This document shows, one piece after another, positions 41,233 to 50,309 of a stretch of 64,000 bases of DNA (its first letter is position 1; each line of letters begins with the position of its first letter). Under the pieces are notes generated by a model. It saw only the letters and a list, made by a program, of their open reading frames with translations. It did not search any database and was not told where the DNA came from. The stretch lies in assembly GCA_030528385.1 (NCBI GenBank), contig JAUMYZ010000001.1:174382-238381 (forward strand), in the 5' to 3' direction. The DNA comes from Moraxella sp. (GTDB lineage: Bacteria; Pseudomonadota; Gammaproteobacteria; Pseudomonadales; Moraxellaceae). The position numbers and the translations under genes were made by a program.

Positions 41233-42267
41233 ATGGCATGGCCACCAGACCCAAATAAACAACCAACCCCACCCAATCAAGCAAGCCAACAGCCGCAGCT
41301 TTCTCGGCCGTCCACAGGACAAGAGTGGCGTCTCTTAGAAAAAACTTTGCTTGCCAGCATTGATGAGCAGCGCAGGGCAAGGCGTTGGGGGATATTTTTT
41401 AAATTATTGACCTTTGGTTATGTGGTGCTGATTTTGCTGCTTTTTGGGCGCGGCTGTGGCACTCAAAACATGCGTCTGCCTGCTGGGGTCAATGAGCCAC
41501 ATTTGGCGGTGGTGGAAGTCAATGGCGTTATCTCTAGCAGCACCGACGCCAATGCTTATGATGTGAGTGCCGCTTTGACTGATGCCTTTAAAAACCCAAA
41601 CGCCAGAGCGGTTGCGTTGGCGATTAACTCACCAGGTGGCTCGCCGGTGCAGTCTGATGAAATTTGGCAAACGGCGATGGACTTGCGCAAGCAGTACCCT
41701 AACAAAAAACTCTATGCTGTGATAGGCGACGTTGGGGCAAGTGGTGCGTATTATGTCGCTTCTGGTGCTGACGAAATCTGGGTCAATCCATCAAGTTTGG
41801 TGGGCTCTATTGGGGTGATTATGGGCAGCTATAACGCACAAGGGTTGTTGGACAAATTGGGCGTAAAGGACAACACCATGACCGCTGGCGAATACAAGGA
41901 CATTTTGAGCATGAGCCGCCCCATGACGAGCGATGAGCGCACGCACGTACAAGCAGTGCTCAACATCACCCATCAAAACTTTATTGACGCGGTCAAACAA
42001 GGGCGTGGCAAAAAACTCAAAAACCCCGAACAAAATCAACTCTTTAGCGGGCTATTTTGGACGGGTAAACAGTCGGTGGAATTGGGCTTGGCAGACAAGA
42101 TTGGCGGTATTTCCAAATTGGAAAAAGAGCTGAGTGTCAAACAAACGGTCAATTATACCTACATTGACCCAATGAGACAGGTTTTTGACCGGCTGGGTGT
42201 GCAAGTTGGCAAGGGCTTGGGGCAAGGGGTGAAGCTGAGCCTAAGCGAAGAAAGTAAGCTGCAATAG
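41233..42267 (+). CDS. sppA: Signal peptide peptidase SppA (S49, 36K type)
   Basis: S49 pattern (INSPGGSPVQSDEI; active-site Ser region DVGASGAYYVASGAD; Lys region). The start is placed at the ATG at 41233, which has an AGGTAG Shine-Dalgarno; the ORF track starts on an upstream TTG. Confidence 0.75.
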   Translation: MAWPPDPNKQPTPPNQASQQPQLSRPSTGQEWRLLEKTLLASIDEQRRARRWGIFFKLLTFGYVVLILLLFGRGCGTQNMRLPAGVNEPHLAVVEVNGVISSSTDANAYDVSAALTDAFKNPNARAVALAINSPGGSPVQSDEIWQTAMDLRKQYPNKKLYAVIGDVGASGAYYVASGADEIWVNPSSLVGSIGVIMGSYNAQGLLDKLGVKDNTMTAGEYKDILSMSRPMTSDERTHVQAVLNITHQNFIDAVKQGRGKKLKNPEQNQLFSGLFWTGKQSVELGLADKIGGISKLEKELSVKQTVNYTYIDPMRQVFDRLGVQVGKGLGQGVKLSLSEESKLQ

Positions 42268-42285
42268 TCGCAGTTGTTTATCAAG

Positions 42286-42318
42286 AGCATACATTAAGTA
42301 TGCTTTTGTTGTTTTTGG
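42286..42318 (+). terminator. Rho-independent terminator after sppA
   Basis: AGCATAC-ATTAA-GTATGCT hairpin followed by TTTTGTTGTTTTT. Confidence 0.6.
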
Positions 42319-42331
42319 ACAAAGAAATGAG

Positions 42332-42709
42332 ATGATATTAAAAGCATTTTTGGTGGTGTTTGGGTGTGTGTTTTTGGGAGAGATGTTTGTTTTTTTCACC
42401 AAACTGCCTTTGCCACCCAGCATAGTTGGGCTGTTGATATTGTTTTTGGCACTGCAAACGGGGGTTGTGCGGTTGGCAACCGTGCAAAAACTGTCCAAAA
42501 CTTTGTTGGATTATCTGGTGCTGTTGGTGATTCCAGCGTGTGTTTCTATGATGCAGCATTTGGAGATGATTTATAACGACTTTTGGGTGCTGTTTGTGGC
42601 GACCACGCTGAGTACTTTTTTGGTGCTTGTGAGCACAAGCAAATCGTATGAGTGGCTAAGAGCCAAACAAAAGGCTTGGCACAAAAGGACAAACCATGAC
42701 ACACATTAG
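42332..42709 (+). CDS. CidA/LrgA-family holin-like protein (copy 1)
   Basis: 125 aa with four TM segments, a size and topology typical of LrgA/CidA. It overlaps the start of the downstream LrgB-like gene. Confidence 0.7.
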   Translation: MILKAFLVVFGCVFLGEMFVFFTKLPLPPSIVGLLILFLALQTGVVRLATVQKLSKTLLDYLVLLVIPACVSMMQHLEMIYNDFWVLFVATTLSTFLVLVSTSKSYEWLRAKQKAWHKRTNHDTH

Positions 42710-43400
42710 CCAGCTGACGCACAGCCCCTTTTTATTGCTGTTTTTATTGATGGCGTGTTTTGAGAGCTGCGTTTGGCTCAAAAAGCGCACAGGGTGGTCA
42801 ATCGTCAATCCAACACTCATCACCACCATCATGATGATAACGGCGCTAAAAGTTGTCCATGTAGATTGGCAAACCTTTGAAAAAGCAAGCAATTATTTGA
42901 CCTTTTGGTTGCAACCTGCGGTGGTGTGCTTGGCGATTCCTTTGTATGTCCAATGGCAAAAAATACGCAATCAGTGGTTGCCAATTTTGGTGTCGCAATT
43001 GCTTGGCTCGCTGGTGGGTATCGTCTCTGGCGTGTGGTTGGTTTTGGCGCTTGGCGGCGGCGATGATGTGGCGGTGGCGCTGTCTGTCAAATCGGTTACC
43101 ATGCCTATTGCCATTGAAGTAACCAGCAAATTGCAAGGCGTGGTGGGCATGACAGCCGCCGCCGTGCTCATTGCAGGCGTGGTAGGACAGATGATGGGGA
43201 TTTTTTTGTTGTATTTGGTGCGCGCTTATCGTCCAATGGCGCAGGGTCTGGCGATGGGGACGGCGTCGCACGCATTGGGCACCGTCAGGGTAATGCAGAT
43301 GGGTGAGCGTTATGTGGCATACGCAACAGTGGGTTTGATTGTCAATGGCGTTTTAACAGCATTTATCGCGCCTTGGATTGTGCCTTGGCTGATGCGCTGA
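42696..43400 (+). CDS. CidB/LrgB-family protein (copy 1)
   Basis: About 230 aa polytopic membrane protein with an LrgB-like pattern (AIPLYVQW..., TMPIAIEVT, HALGTVRVMQMGERYVAYATVGLI). Confidence 0.8.
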   Translation: MTHISQLTHSPFLLLFLLMACFESCVWLKKRTGWSIVNPTLITTIMMITALKVVHVDWQTFEKASNYLTFWLQPAVVCLAIPLYVQWQKIRNQWLPILVSQLLGSLVGIVSGVWLVLALGGGDDVAVALSVKSVTMPIAIEVTSKLQGVVGMTAAAVLIAGVVGQMMGIFLLYLVRAYRPMAQGLAMGTASHALGTVRVMQMGERYVAYATVGLIVNGVLTAFIAPWIVPWLMR

Positions 43401-43406
43401 CATTGA

Positions 43407-44270
43407 TTATTGGGGGTTGGTGTAGCCAATATAAAGATACCCAGAACCGCCAGCAACATTGGGATTTTGGGGGGTGGCGTAGTTGTATTGTACCGTTTGT
43501 ACGCCACTTGATGTTGGTACTTGAATGGTGCCTGATGGGGGCAAAGTTGTGGGTGTATTCATGGCAAGTTGCGTGCCACTGATGCCAGCGTCATAGCGAT
43601 ACAAGCTGCTGTAGCGACTATTGACGGATTTGACGTAGTTTTGGGTTTCGCGAAATGGGGGTATGCCGCCGTATTTTTTGACGTTGCCATGTCCTGCGTT
43701 ATAAGCAGCAATCACATGGTCGCGACTGCGAAATTGTTTTTGTAGCCACGCAAGATACTTGACACCACCTTCAATATTTTGGGCAGGGTCCCAAGCATTG
43801 GCCACACCCATGTCGCGAGCAGTGCCAGGCATGAGCTGCATCAGCCCCATTGCGCCAACAGGCGAGCGGGCATTGGGATTAAAGGCAGACTCGGTATGAA
43901 TGACCGCTTTGATAAGGGCGGGGTCAACGCCATGGCGGGCAGCAGCGGCACGAATCAGGTGGTCATAAGCGTTGCGGTTGGCGCTGCGGCTGGGGGTGGC
44001 AGCGGTCTTTGGGTTGTAGGTGGCAGGAATGTCGCCAGAGTGCAACTTGGTGTCAGGATAATACGTAACGCTGATTTGGGTGAATTTTTTGGTGCCGCCT
44101 GTGTTTTGTTCAATATTGGTCAAAAAACCTTGTCCTGTGGTCTTGTCTCTGTAAGTATAAATATTCTCAGCATGAGCAGACAAACCAGTAGCAACCAGCG
44201 TTGTCAATGTCAAAAAAAGGGTAGAAGAGTGTGTCATCGTCATCAAGCAGTTAAAAACCTTAATTATCAT
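43407..44270 (-). CDS. Lytic transglycosylase (SLT domain) with a signal peptide
   Basis: SLT catalytic region ...HTESAFNPNARSPVGAMGLMQLMPGTARDMG... AYNAGHGNV. The N-terminal signal or DUF4124-like region makes the start ambiguous (M1/M10/M12). Confidence 0.8.
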   Translation of the reverse strand: MIIKVFNCLMTMTHSSTLFLTLTTLVATGLSAHAENIYTYRDKTTGQGFLTNIEQNTGGTKKFTQISVTYYPDTKLHSGDIPATYNPKTAATPSRSANRNAYDHLIRAAAARHGVDPALIKAVIHTESAFNPNARSPVGAMGLMQLMPGTARDMGVANAWDPAQNIEGGVKYLAWLQKQFRSRDHVIAAYNAGHGNVKKYGGIPPFRETQNYVKSVNSRYSSLYRYDAGISGTQLAMNTPTTLPPSGTIQVPTSSGVQTVQYNYATPQNPNVAGGSGYLYIGYTNPQ

Positions 44271-44390
44271 TATAGCACACTTTGTTTGTGGGATTGTTCA
44301 GATTAACAATAAGCAAAATTGGTGTTAAACAATACATACAAAATTTCGTTGGTGTGGCAAAAGCGTTGCCAGCGTTTGGGGTTTGGTGGT

Positions 44391-45083
44391 TTAGTTTAGC
44401 CACCACACCATCACCACAGGCAGCCAAACGGCGGTTATCAAGCCATTGATTGCCAGTCCAAAGGCTGCATAACGTCCAGCGGTGGGGCTAATTTGCCACG
44501 CTTCTACTGTGCCAATGGCGTGCGCCACCAAACCAAGTGATAAGCCCTTGGCGCGGTCGTCATCAATAGAATAAAAAAGCACACGGCAAATCCCTGCTCC
44601 CAAAATGCCAGAAACAATGATGATTAGGTTGGCCAAAATCAAGGGCGCGTTGATGATTTGGGCGATGGACAACCCCACAGGCGTGGTTACAGAGCGGGTG
44701 GCAAAGGCGAGTAAGGTTTGGCTTTGTAAGGAAAAAATATAGGCAAGCCCCATGGGCAGCAGCGCACCCACCACGCTGGCAAACCCGACGATGATGCTGA
44801 GTTTTTTTAGGGGCAACCCCTTAAAATCCATGCTTGCCAGCGGTATGGCGAGCAGCACCGTGCTGTAGCCAAGTAAACGGTCAAAAATGGGTTTGCTGTG
44901 CTCATAATAGGTGGCATAAGGCAATCCAATCACCGCCAAAATAAGCAACACCAACACGATGGCAAGGATAATCATCGGTATGCCTTTGATGTATTGGTTG
45001 AGATATCTGAGTAGGTATTTGGCGCCAATATGGGCAATCAAGGTGATGACAAAAGCGCTGGCAATGGTTTGGGTGTCTAGCAT
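44391..45083 (-). CDS. CidB/LrgB-family protein (copy 2)
   Basis: 230 aa, LrgB-like (TPVGLSIAQII, HAIGTVEAWQISPTAGRYAAFGLAINGLITA), paralogous to copy 1. Confidence 0.8.
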   Translation of the reverse strand: MLDTQTIASAFVITLIAHIGAKYLLRYLNQYIKGIPMIILAIVLVLLILAVIGLPYATYYEHSKPIFDRLLGYSTVLLAIPLASMDFKGLPLKKLSIIVGFASVVGALLPMGLAYIFSLQSQTLLAFATRSVTTPVGLSIAQIINAPLILANLIIIVSGILGAGICRVLFYSIDDDRAKGLSLGLVAHAIGTVEAWQISPTAGRYAAFGLAINGLITAVWLPVVMVWWLN

Positions 45084-45091
45084 GACTGTCC

Positions 45092-45484
45092 TTATTGTGA
45101 AGTGTTAAGCCATTTTTGGGACAATTTGGCAAACAGCCACAAAGGCACAATCACGCTGACGCCAATAATCACACACACAAAAATCAGCTCTTCGCCCAAC
45201 CCAAAAAGCAAAATCCCTGCGCCTGCCGACACAGGCAAAAAAGCAAAGCCGCTGTCCACCAACAAGACGCTGGCAGATTGGGTAAGCCAGTTGGGCAAAC
45301 CAACCAATGAGCGTACCCCCATAAGAATGGCAAATAAACCCACCAAGCCGACAATGTTGGTGGCGGTTGGCATGCCAAGCAAGCTGCAAACAAACAGTGC
45401 CAGCTCACGCACCCCAACGACAACGGCGATTGTGGCAATCATGCCAAACCAAAATTGAGCAGAATGATAGGGTGGTTTCATCAT
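45092..45484 (-). CDS. CidA/LrgA-family holin-like protein (copy 2)
   Basis: 130 aa with four TM segments, immediately upstream of LrgB copy 2. Confidence 0.7.
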   Translation of the reverse strand: MMKPPYHSAQFWFGMIATIAVVVGVRELALFVCSLLGMPTATNIVGLVGLFAILMGVRSLVGLPNWLTQSASVLLVDSGFAFLPVSAGAGILLFGLGEELIFVCVIIGVSVIVPLWLFAKLSQKWLNTSQ

Positions 45485-45579
45485 AACTTATCATGAGTAA
45501 TAAACCCAAACATTTAACCATTGTCAATATAAAAGGTCAAGATTGGGCGCGTGATGTTGGTTATTTTTTTGGGTGATGA

Positions 45580-45605
45580 GAAAATAAAAGCCCAAAACTG
45601 GGCTT
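45580..45605 (-). terminator. Rho-independent terminator after accC (minus strand)
   Basis: On the minus strand: AAGCCCA-GTTT-TGGGCTT hairpin followed by TTTATTTT, 7 nt after the accC stop. Confidence 0.55.
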
Positions 45606-45611
45606 GTGGGT

Positions 45612-46958
45612 CTATTTACTTTCTTTTAGTAAATGATTTTCTAGATAATGGATGTTTTGTGCTTCTTCAACAAAGGCCGCATCTTGTAAAATCACGTCGC
45701 GGTGCAAAGCGGTGTTGGTCTTAATGCCTTCAATCACCAACTCGTCAAGGGCGTTGAGTGTCTTGGCGATGGCTTGTTTGCGTGTTTGGGCATGACAAAT
45801 CAACTTGCCAATCAGCGAATCGTAATAGCTGGGAATGCTGTAGCCTTGATACAGATGGCTGTCAAAGCGCACACCAGAACCGCTGGGGGTAAATAAGTTG
45901 TCAATGCGACCAGGGCAAGGCATGAAGGTCTTGGGGTCTTCGGCATTGATACGGCATTCTAGGGCATGACCGCGAATGTTAATCTCATCTTGATGATAAG
46001 ACAAGCCATAGCCTGCGGCGATTTTGAGCTGCTCAACAACAATGTCAATGCCTGTAATCATCTCAGTTACGGGGTGTTCAACTTGCACGCGGGTGTTCAT
46101 CTCAATAAAGAAAAACTGCTCATCTTCGTACAAGAACTCAAAAGTGCCCGCCCCACGATAACCAATCTGCTCACAAGCTCTGACGCACGCGTCCAAAATG
46201 GGCTGTTTGATGTCGTCAGGAATGCCAGGGGCAGGCGCTTCTTCTAGCACCTTTTGATGGCGACGCTGCAGTGAGCAATCGCGGTCAAATAGGTGCAAAG
46301 CATTACCATCACCATCACCGAGCACTTGCACTTCTACGTGGCGGGGATTTTTTAAAAACCTTTCCATGTAAACCGTATCATCACCAAAGGCGCTTTCGGC
46401 TTCGGCTTTGGCAGCTTGGACTTGGTTGATGAGCTCTTCAAAGCGCTCCACCACACGCATGCCGCGACCACCACCACCAGCTGCCGCCTTGACAATCAGG
46501 GGAAAGCCAATGGCACGCGCTTGTTCTTCGGCGTTGTGTAGGGTGATTGCGCCCACAGAACCAGGAACGGTTGGCACGCCAGCTTCTTTCATGGCATTGA
46601 TGGCAGAGACTTTGTTGCCCATGAGACGGATATGGTCAGGGTGGGGGCCCACAAAGGTTAAGCCTGCCGCTTCTACTTTTTCGGCAAATTCGGCGTTTTC
46701 GGACAAAAAGCCATAACCAGGGTGAATGGCGTCAGCGCCTGTAACTTCGGCAGCAGTGAGCAGGGCGCTCATGTTCAGATAACTTTGGTTGGACGGTGCG
46801 TTGCCAATACAGACCGCTTCGTCCACAAAGCGCAAATGCATCAGTTCTTTGTCGGCAGTTGAATATACGCCCACCGTCTGTATGCCCAGCTGTTTACACG
46901 CACGCACAATGCGCAAGGCAATCTCACCACGGTTGGCAATCAGAAGTTTTTTAATCAT
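45612..46958 (-). CDS. accC: Acetyl-CoA carboxylase biotin carboxylase subunit
   Basis: [18 protein letters not shown]-terminus, ATP-grasp motifs, 448 aa. Confidence 0.95.
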   Translation of the reverse strand: MIKKLLIANRGEIALRIVRACKQLGIQTVGVYSTADKELMHLRFVDEAVCIGNAPSNQSYLNMSALLTAAEVTGADAIHPGYGFLSENAEFAEKVEAAGLTFVGPHPDHIRLMGNKVSAINAMKEAGVPTVPGSVGAITLHNAEEQARAIGFPLIVKAAAGGGGRGMRVVERFEELINQVQAAKAEAESAFGDDTVYMERFLKNPRHVEVQVLGDGDGNALHLFDRDCSLQRRHQKVLEEAPAPGIPDDIKQPILDACVRACEQIGYRGAGTFEFLYEDEQFFFIEMNTRVQVEHPVTEMITGIDIVVEQLKIAAGYGLSYHQDEINIRGHALECRINAEDPKTFMPCPGRIDNLFTPSGSGVRFDSHLYQGYSIPSYYDSLIGKLICHAQTRKQAIAKTLNALDELVIEGIKTNTALHRDVILQDAAFVEEAQNIHYLENHLLKESK

Positions 46959-46968
46959 GGGTCAAGCC

Positions 46969-47394
46969 TTATGCTTTGTAACGAATGACGGGCTGTCCAA
47001 ACTGCACCACTTCAGCGTTAGACACCAAAATCTCTTCAATGATACCGCTTTGGGTGGCTTCTAGGGGGTTCATGATTTTCATGGCTTCAATAATGCCAAG
47101 CTGGTCGCCCGCTTCTACTTTTTGACCGACTTTGACAAAAGGTGGGTCATTTGGGCTGGGCGCAGAGTAAAATACCCCCACCATCGGCGCGGTTTCTATT
47201 TTGCCAGCGGGCGCTTTGGGGGCGCTGGGGGCAGGCGCGACCGCTGTTGTGGCAACAGCTTGGGGGACGGCAACGGTGTGTACGGCAACATTGCGCGTCA
47301 GATGAATGTAGTCGTCTTCATTGCCATACTCAAGATTGACTAGGTCTTTTTCTTCCATTAGGTCAATGAGTTCGCGAATTTGTTTGATGTCCAT
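46969..47394 (-). CDS. accB: Acetyl-CoA carboxylase biotin carboxyl carrier protein
   Basis: Biotinylation motif EAMKIMN plus a Pro/Ala-rich linker. The start is set at MDIKQIRELIDLM with an AAGGTGGTGG Shine-Dalgarno; the ORF-track N-terminal extension is unlikely. Confidence 0.9.
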   Translation of the reverse strand: MDIKQIRELIDLMEEKDLVNLEYGNEDDYIHLTRNVAVHTVAVPQAVATTAVAPAPSAPKAPAGKIETAPMVGVFYSAPSPNDPPFVKVGQKVEAGDQLGIIEAMKIMNPLEATQSGIIEEILVSNAEVVQFGQPVIRYKA

Positions 47395-47586
47395 AGCCAC
47401 CACCTTAACATTAACTAAAAGTTTATTGTAACAAATTTTTTCAAAACAGCCTAGCACACAAAAATTTAACCAGAACAATTTTAGCTGTATAGTGTACACA
47501 CGTCTTATTTTATTGCAAGTGCTTTTGTGCAAATTTATGGCATTATTTCAAATATTTTGTTACATATTGGCATTGGTGAGCGCATT

Positions 47587-48183
47587 TTAAGCACTTATCC
47601 AATCGGGTGTGAGCCATTTTTGGGTTTTGGTGGGGGTGTGGTGTGCCATTTTGTGCAATAATTGTGCTGGGTCATCTGAAACACAAAACAAATCAAGGTT
47701 GGCGCTGGGAATAAAGCCACTTTGGGCGGTTTGGTGCATCATGGCGATTAGGGGGTCAAAAAACCCATGAGTGTTGAGCAGTCCTATGGGTTTGGTGGTG
47801 CGTTCAAGTTGCACCAAAGACAACACTTCAAACAACTCTTCGTAAGTGCCAAGACCCCCTGCCATGGCAATAAAGCCGTCAGCGAGCTCAATGAGTTTGG
47901 CTTTGCGCGTTGGCATGTCTGGTGTTTCAATCAGCTCATCTAGTCCCAAATGCGCCACTTCTTTTTCGCGCAAAAAAGTGGGAATGACACCAATTACTTT
48001 GCCACCGTGCGCCAAAGCGCTGTCGGCAATCGCGCCCATCATGCCAATGTTGCCACCACCATAGATTAAGCGGCTGCCACGTTTGGCAATCAGCTCACCC
48101 AGCACTTTGGCGTCTTGGCAATAATCAGGAATGCTGCCATAGTTTGAACCGCAATAAACGGTAATGCTGTTTAGATTATTCAT
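47587..48183 (-). CDS. LOG-family protein (TIGR00730; cytokinin riboside 5'-monophosphate phosphoribohydrolase-like)
   Basis: ITVYCGS, GGGNIGMMGA and PGGLGTYEEL-type motifs (AMAGGLGTYEELFE) are present. Confidence 0.8.
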   Translation of the reverse strand: MNNLNSITVYCGSNYGSIPDYCQDAKVLGELIAKRGSRLIYGGGNIGMMGAIADSALAHGGKVIGVIPTFLREKEVAHLGLDELIETPDMPTRKAKLIELADGFIAMAGGLGTYEELFEVLSLVQLERTTKPIGLLNTHGFFDPLIAMMHQTAQSGFIPSANLDLFCVSDDPAQLLHKMAHHTPTKTQKWLTPDWISA

Positions 48184-48185
48184 CG

Positions 48186-49100
48186 TTATTTCCTTGTTTT
48201 TGTTGATGTCTTGTTAAAAAATCGCCAAGGCTGTACGGTGCCAAGTCCCATGCCAATCAGTCCCAATACCATGATGTGATTTAGGGGTTCATTGAGTAAA
48301 GGCACAGCCGCCAAGGCGGAAATAAAGGGCGCAAGACACGCCAAGGCGCCCGCAAAAAATGCCCCGAGCCGTTCTACAGCAAGGGCATAAGTCAAAGTGG
48401 CAACAATCATGACAATAATGCTGTGAAATGTGCCTTGTATGATAAGGTGGGTGAGACGAACGTTGTCTAAATTGGTGTCAATAAATAATCCATATATCGG
48501 TAAATAAATGATGGCCGACCAAATGGCGGTGCTACAAACCACTTGCCATGCGCTAAATTGCCATTCTTTGAGCAAAACGCCATAACTTGCCCAAGCAAAA
48601 GCACAAACTAAAAACAGCCCATCGCCCAACCCAAAGTTTAGACCGTCTTTGAGCATTAGACCATACATGATAAGCAGGGTAAGACCGATGATAATAAGAG
48701 CGATTTTAGTGTTTTTGTCGGGGCGTTGCTTTAAAAAAATCAACATCAATAGTGCCGTTGCCACAGGTATCATGCCATTTAAAAAGACCGCACCATGCAC
48801 CACAGGCGCAAGCAAAAAGGCGCTATAAACCAAACAGCTATAACCTACGCCCCCAAACATCGCCAAAATCACCGCTTTGATGTCAAACAAAAAGTGCCAA
48901 TCGCGTTTGAGCCACAGCACCGGCCACAAAATCAGCGCAGAAACCCCAAAACGTATGGCGATGATGTCCCAAGCAGCAATGCCCCAGTATGTGTTTAGCC
49001 GAGCCAGCAAACTAAAGCTGCCCCAAATACACATGGTAATGACGATGTACAGATAGCCCTGCAGCGTGGGCGCTAAATGACGCAGTGGGTTAAAGCTCAT
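48186..49100 (-). CDS. DMT-superfamily (EamA-like) transporter
   Basis: Ten predicted TM helices and a tandem EamA-like pattern, 304 aa. Confidence 0.7.
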   Translation of the reverse strand: MSFNPLRHLAPTLQGYLYIVITMCIWGSFSLLARLNTYWGIAAWDIIAIRFGVSALILWPVLWLKRDWHFLFDIKAVILAMFGGVGYSCLVYSAFLLAPVVHGAVFLNGMIPVATALLMLIFLKQRPDKNTKIALIIIGLTLLIMYGLMLKDGLNFGLGDGLFLVCAFAWASYGVLLKEWQFSAWQVVCSTAIWSAIIYLPIYGLFIDTNLDNVRLTHLIIQGTFHSIIVMIVATLTYALAVERLGAFFAGALACLAPFISALAAVPLLNEPLNHIMVLGLIGMGLGTVQPWRFFNKTSTKTRK

Positions 49101-49142
49101 AAGTCATCAAGGCAAGTTCAAAGACAAAGGCATAAACAAGCA

Positions 49143-49170
49143 AAAACCACCCCAGAGTTTGGGGTGATGA
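49143..49170 (-). terminator. Rho-independent terminator after secF (minus strand)
   Basis: On the minus strand: CACCCCA-AACTC-TGGGGTG hairpin followed by GTTTTTGCTTG. Confidence 0.5.
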
Positions 49171-49177
49171 CAGGAAG

Positions 49178-50299
49178 TCAGTCTTTGGCATTTTGCAGTT
49201 TGGGGTCGGCAAAAACCACCATTTCTTCGGCGAATTCTGGTTTTACTTTGACCACAAAGTCTTCGCGCGACAGTCCCATGCGTAGGGGTATGGCGCTGGC
49301 GATGTAGATGGATGAGTAAGTGCCAGCGATGGTGCCAAGCAGCTGAGCCAGAGCAAACCAAAACAGCCCTTCGCCACCCAAAAACAGCATGGAGATGACC
49401 ACCACCAGTACTGTGCCTGACGTCATAAAGGTGCGGCGCAGAGTTTCGGTCAATGATAAGTTGACCACTTCAACAGGCATGAGCCCACGCACTCGGCGAA
49501 AGTTTTCGCGGATACGGTCATAAACAACGATGGTGTCATTGACCGAGTAACCAATCAAAGCCAGTATAGAAGCCAAAACCGCCAAATCAAAGGGCCAGCC
49601 AAACATGGCAAACAAACCGCACACCACAATCACGTCGTGAAACAGCGCCAAAACTGCCCCCAGCGCCAATTTAAACTGAAAGCGCAAAGCAATGTAGATG
49701 AGCATTAAGATAAGCGCCAGCCCCAATGCCATCAGTGAGTTGAGATAAATTTCACTGCCCAGCTGACTGCCAATAATGCTCACATTGTCCACTTTGGCTG
49801 GGTTGCTTGGCAGATTAAGCGCCAAAGTCAGGTCGCCACTTAAGTCGCTGGCGTTCTTGCCGTCTTGGGGGGGTAGGCGAATCAACAATTCTTCACGCGT
49901 ACCAAGGTATTGGACGACCGCGTTGTCAAAGCCTTTGTTGGCGAGCGCGCTGACCACTTGGGTTTGTTCAACTGGCTGACTGTATTTGACATCGGCTGAC
50001 ACCCCGCCAGTAAAATCCAGCCCCAGATTTAGACCTTTGATGGATAGGGCAATCACGCTTGCCACCACCAATAACACCGACAGGAGCATCATGACCTTTT
50101 CAAATTTCATAAAGGGCAAAATGCGCTGATTGCCAATGAGTTTAAGCCCACCTTCTTTTTCGGCAAATTCATCGCTGGCGGTGCTTTGTTCAAGCTGCAT
50201 ATTGGCGTTGACATTGCTGCCTTTGCCGTTGCGTCTGGGTGTGCGTCGGCGCGGACTGCTTGGTGCTTGCTCGGTTTGTGTTGGTTGATTATTAGTCAT
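49178..50299 (-). CDS. secF: Protein translocase subunit SecF (with an ~50 aa hydrophilic N-terminal extension)
   Basis: The SecF pattern begins at GLNLGLDFTGG. The start is at the ATG at 50299, preceded by GGAGAAATACA; the ORF-track upstream extension would overlap secD. Confidence 0.85.
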   Translation of the reverse strand: MTNNQPTQTEQAPSSPRRRTPRRNGKGSNVNANMQLEQSTASDEFAEKEGGLKLIGNQRILPFMKFEKVMMLLSVLLVVASVIALSIKGLNLGLDFTGGVSADVKYSQPVEQTQVVSALANKGFDNAVVQYLGTREELLIRLPPQDGKNASDLSGDLTLALNLPSNPAKVDNVSIIGSQLGSEIYLNSLMALGLALILMLIYIALRFQFKLALGAVLALFHDVIVVCGLFAMFGWPFDLAVLASILALIGYSVNDTIVVYDRIRENFRRVRGLMPVEVVNLSLTETLRRTFMTSGTVLVVVISMLFLGGEGLFWFALAQLLGTIAGTYSSIYIASAIPLRMGLSREDFVVKVKPEFAEEMVVFADPKLQNAKD

Positions 50300-50309
50300 T
50301 GTATTTCTC

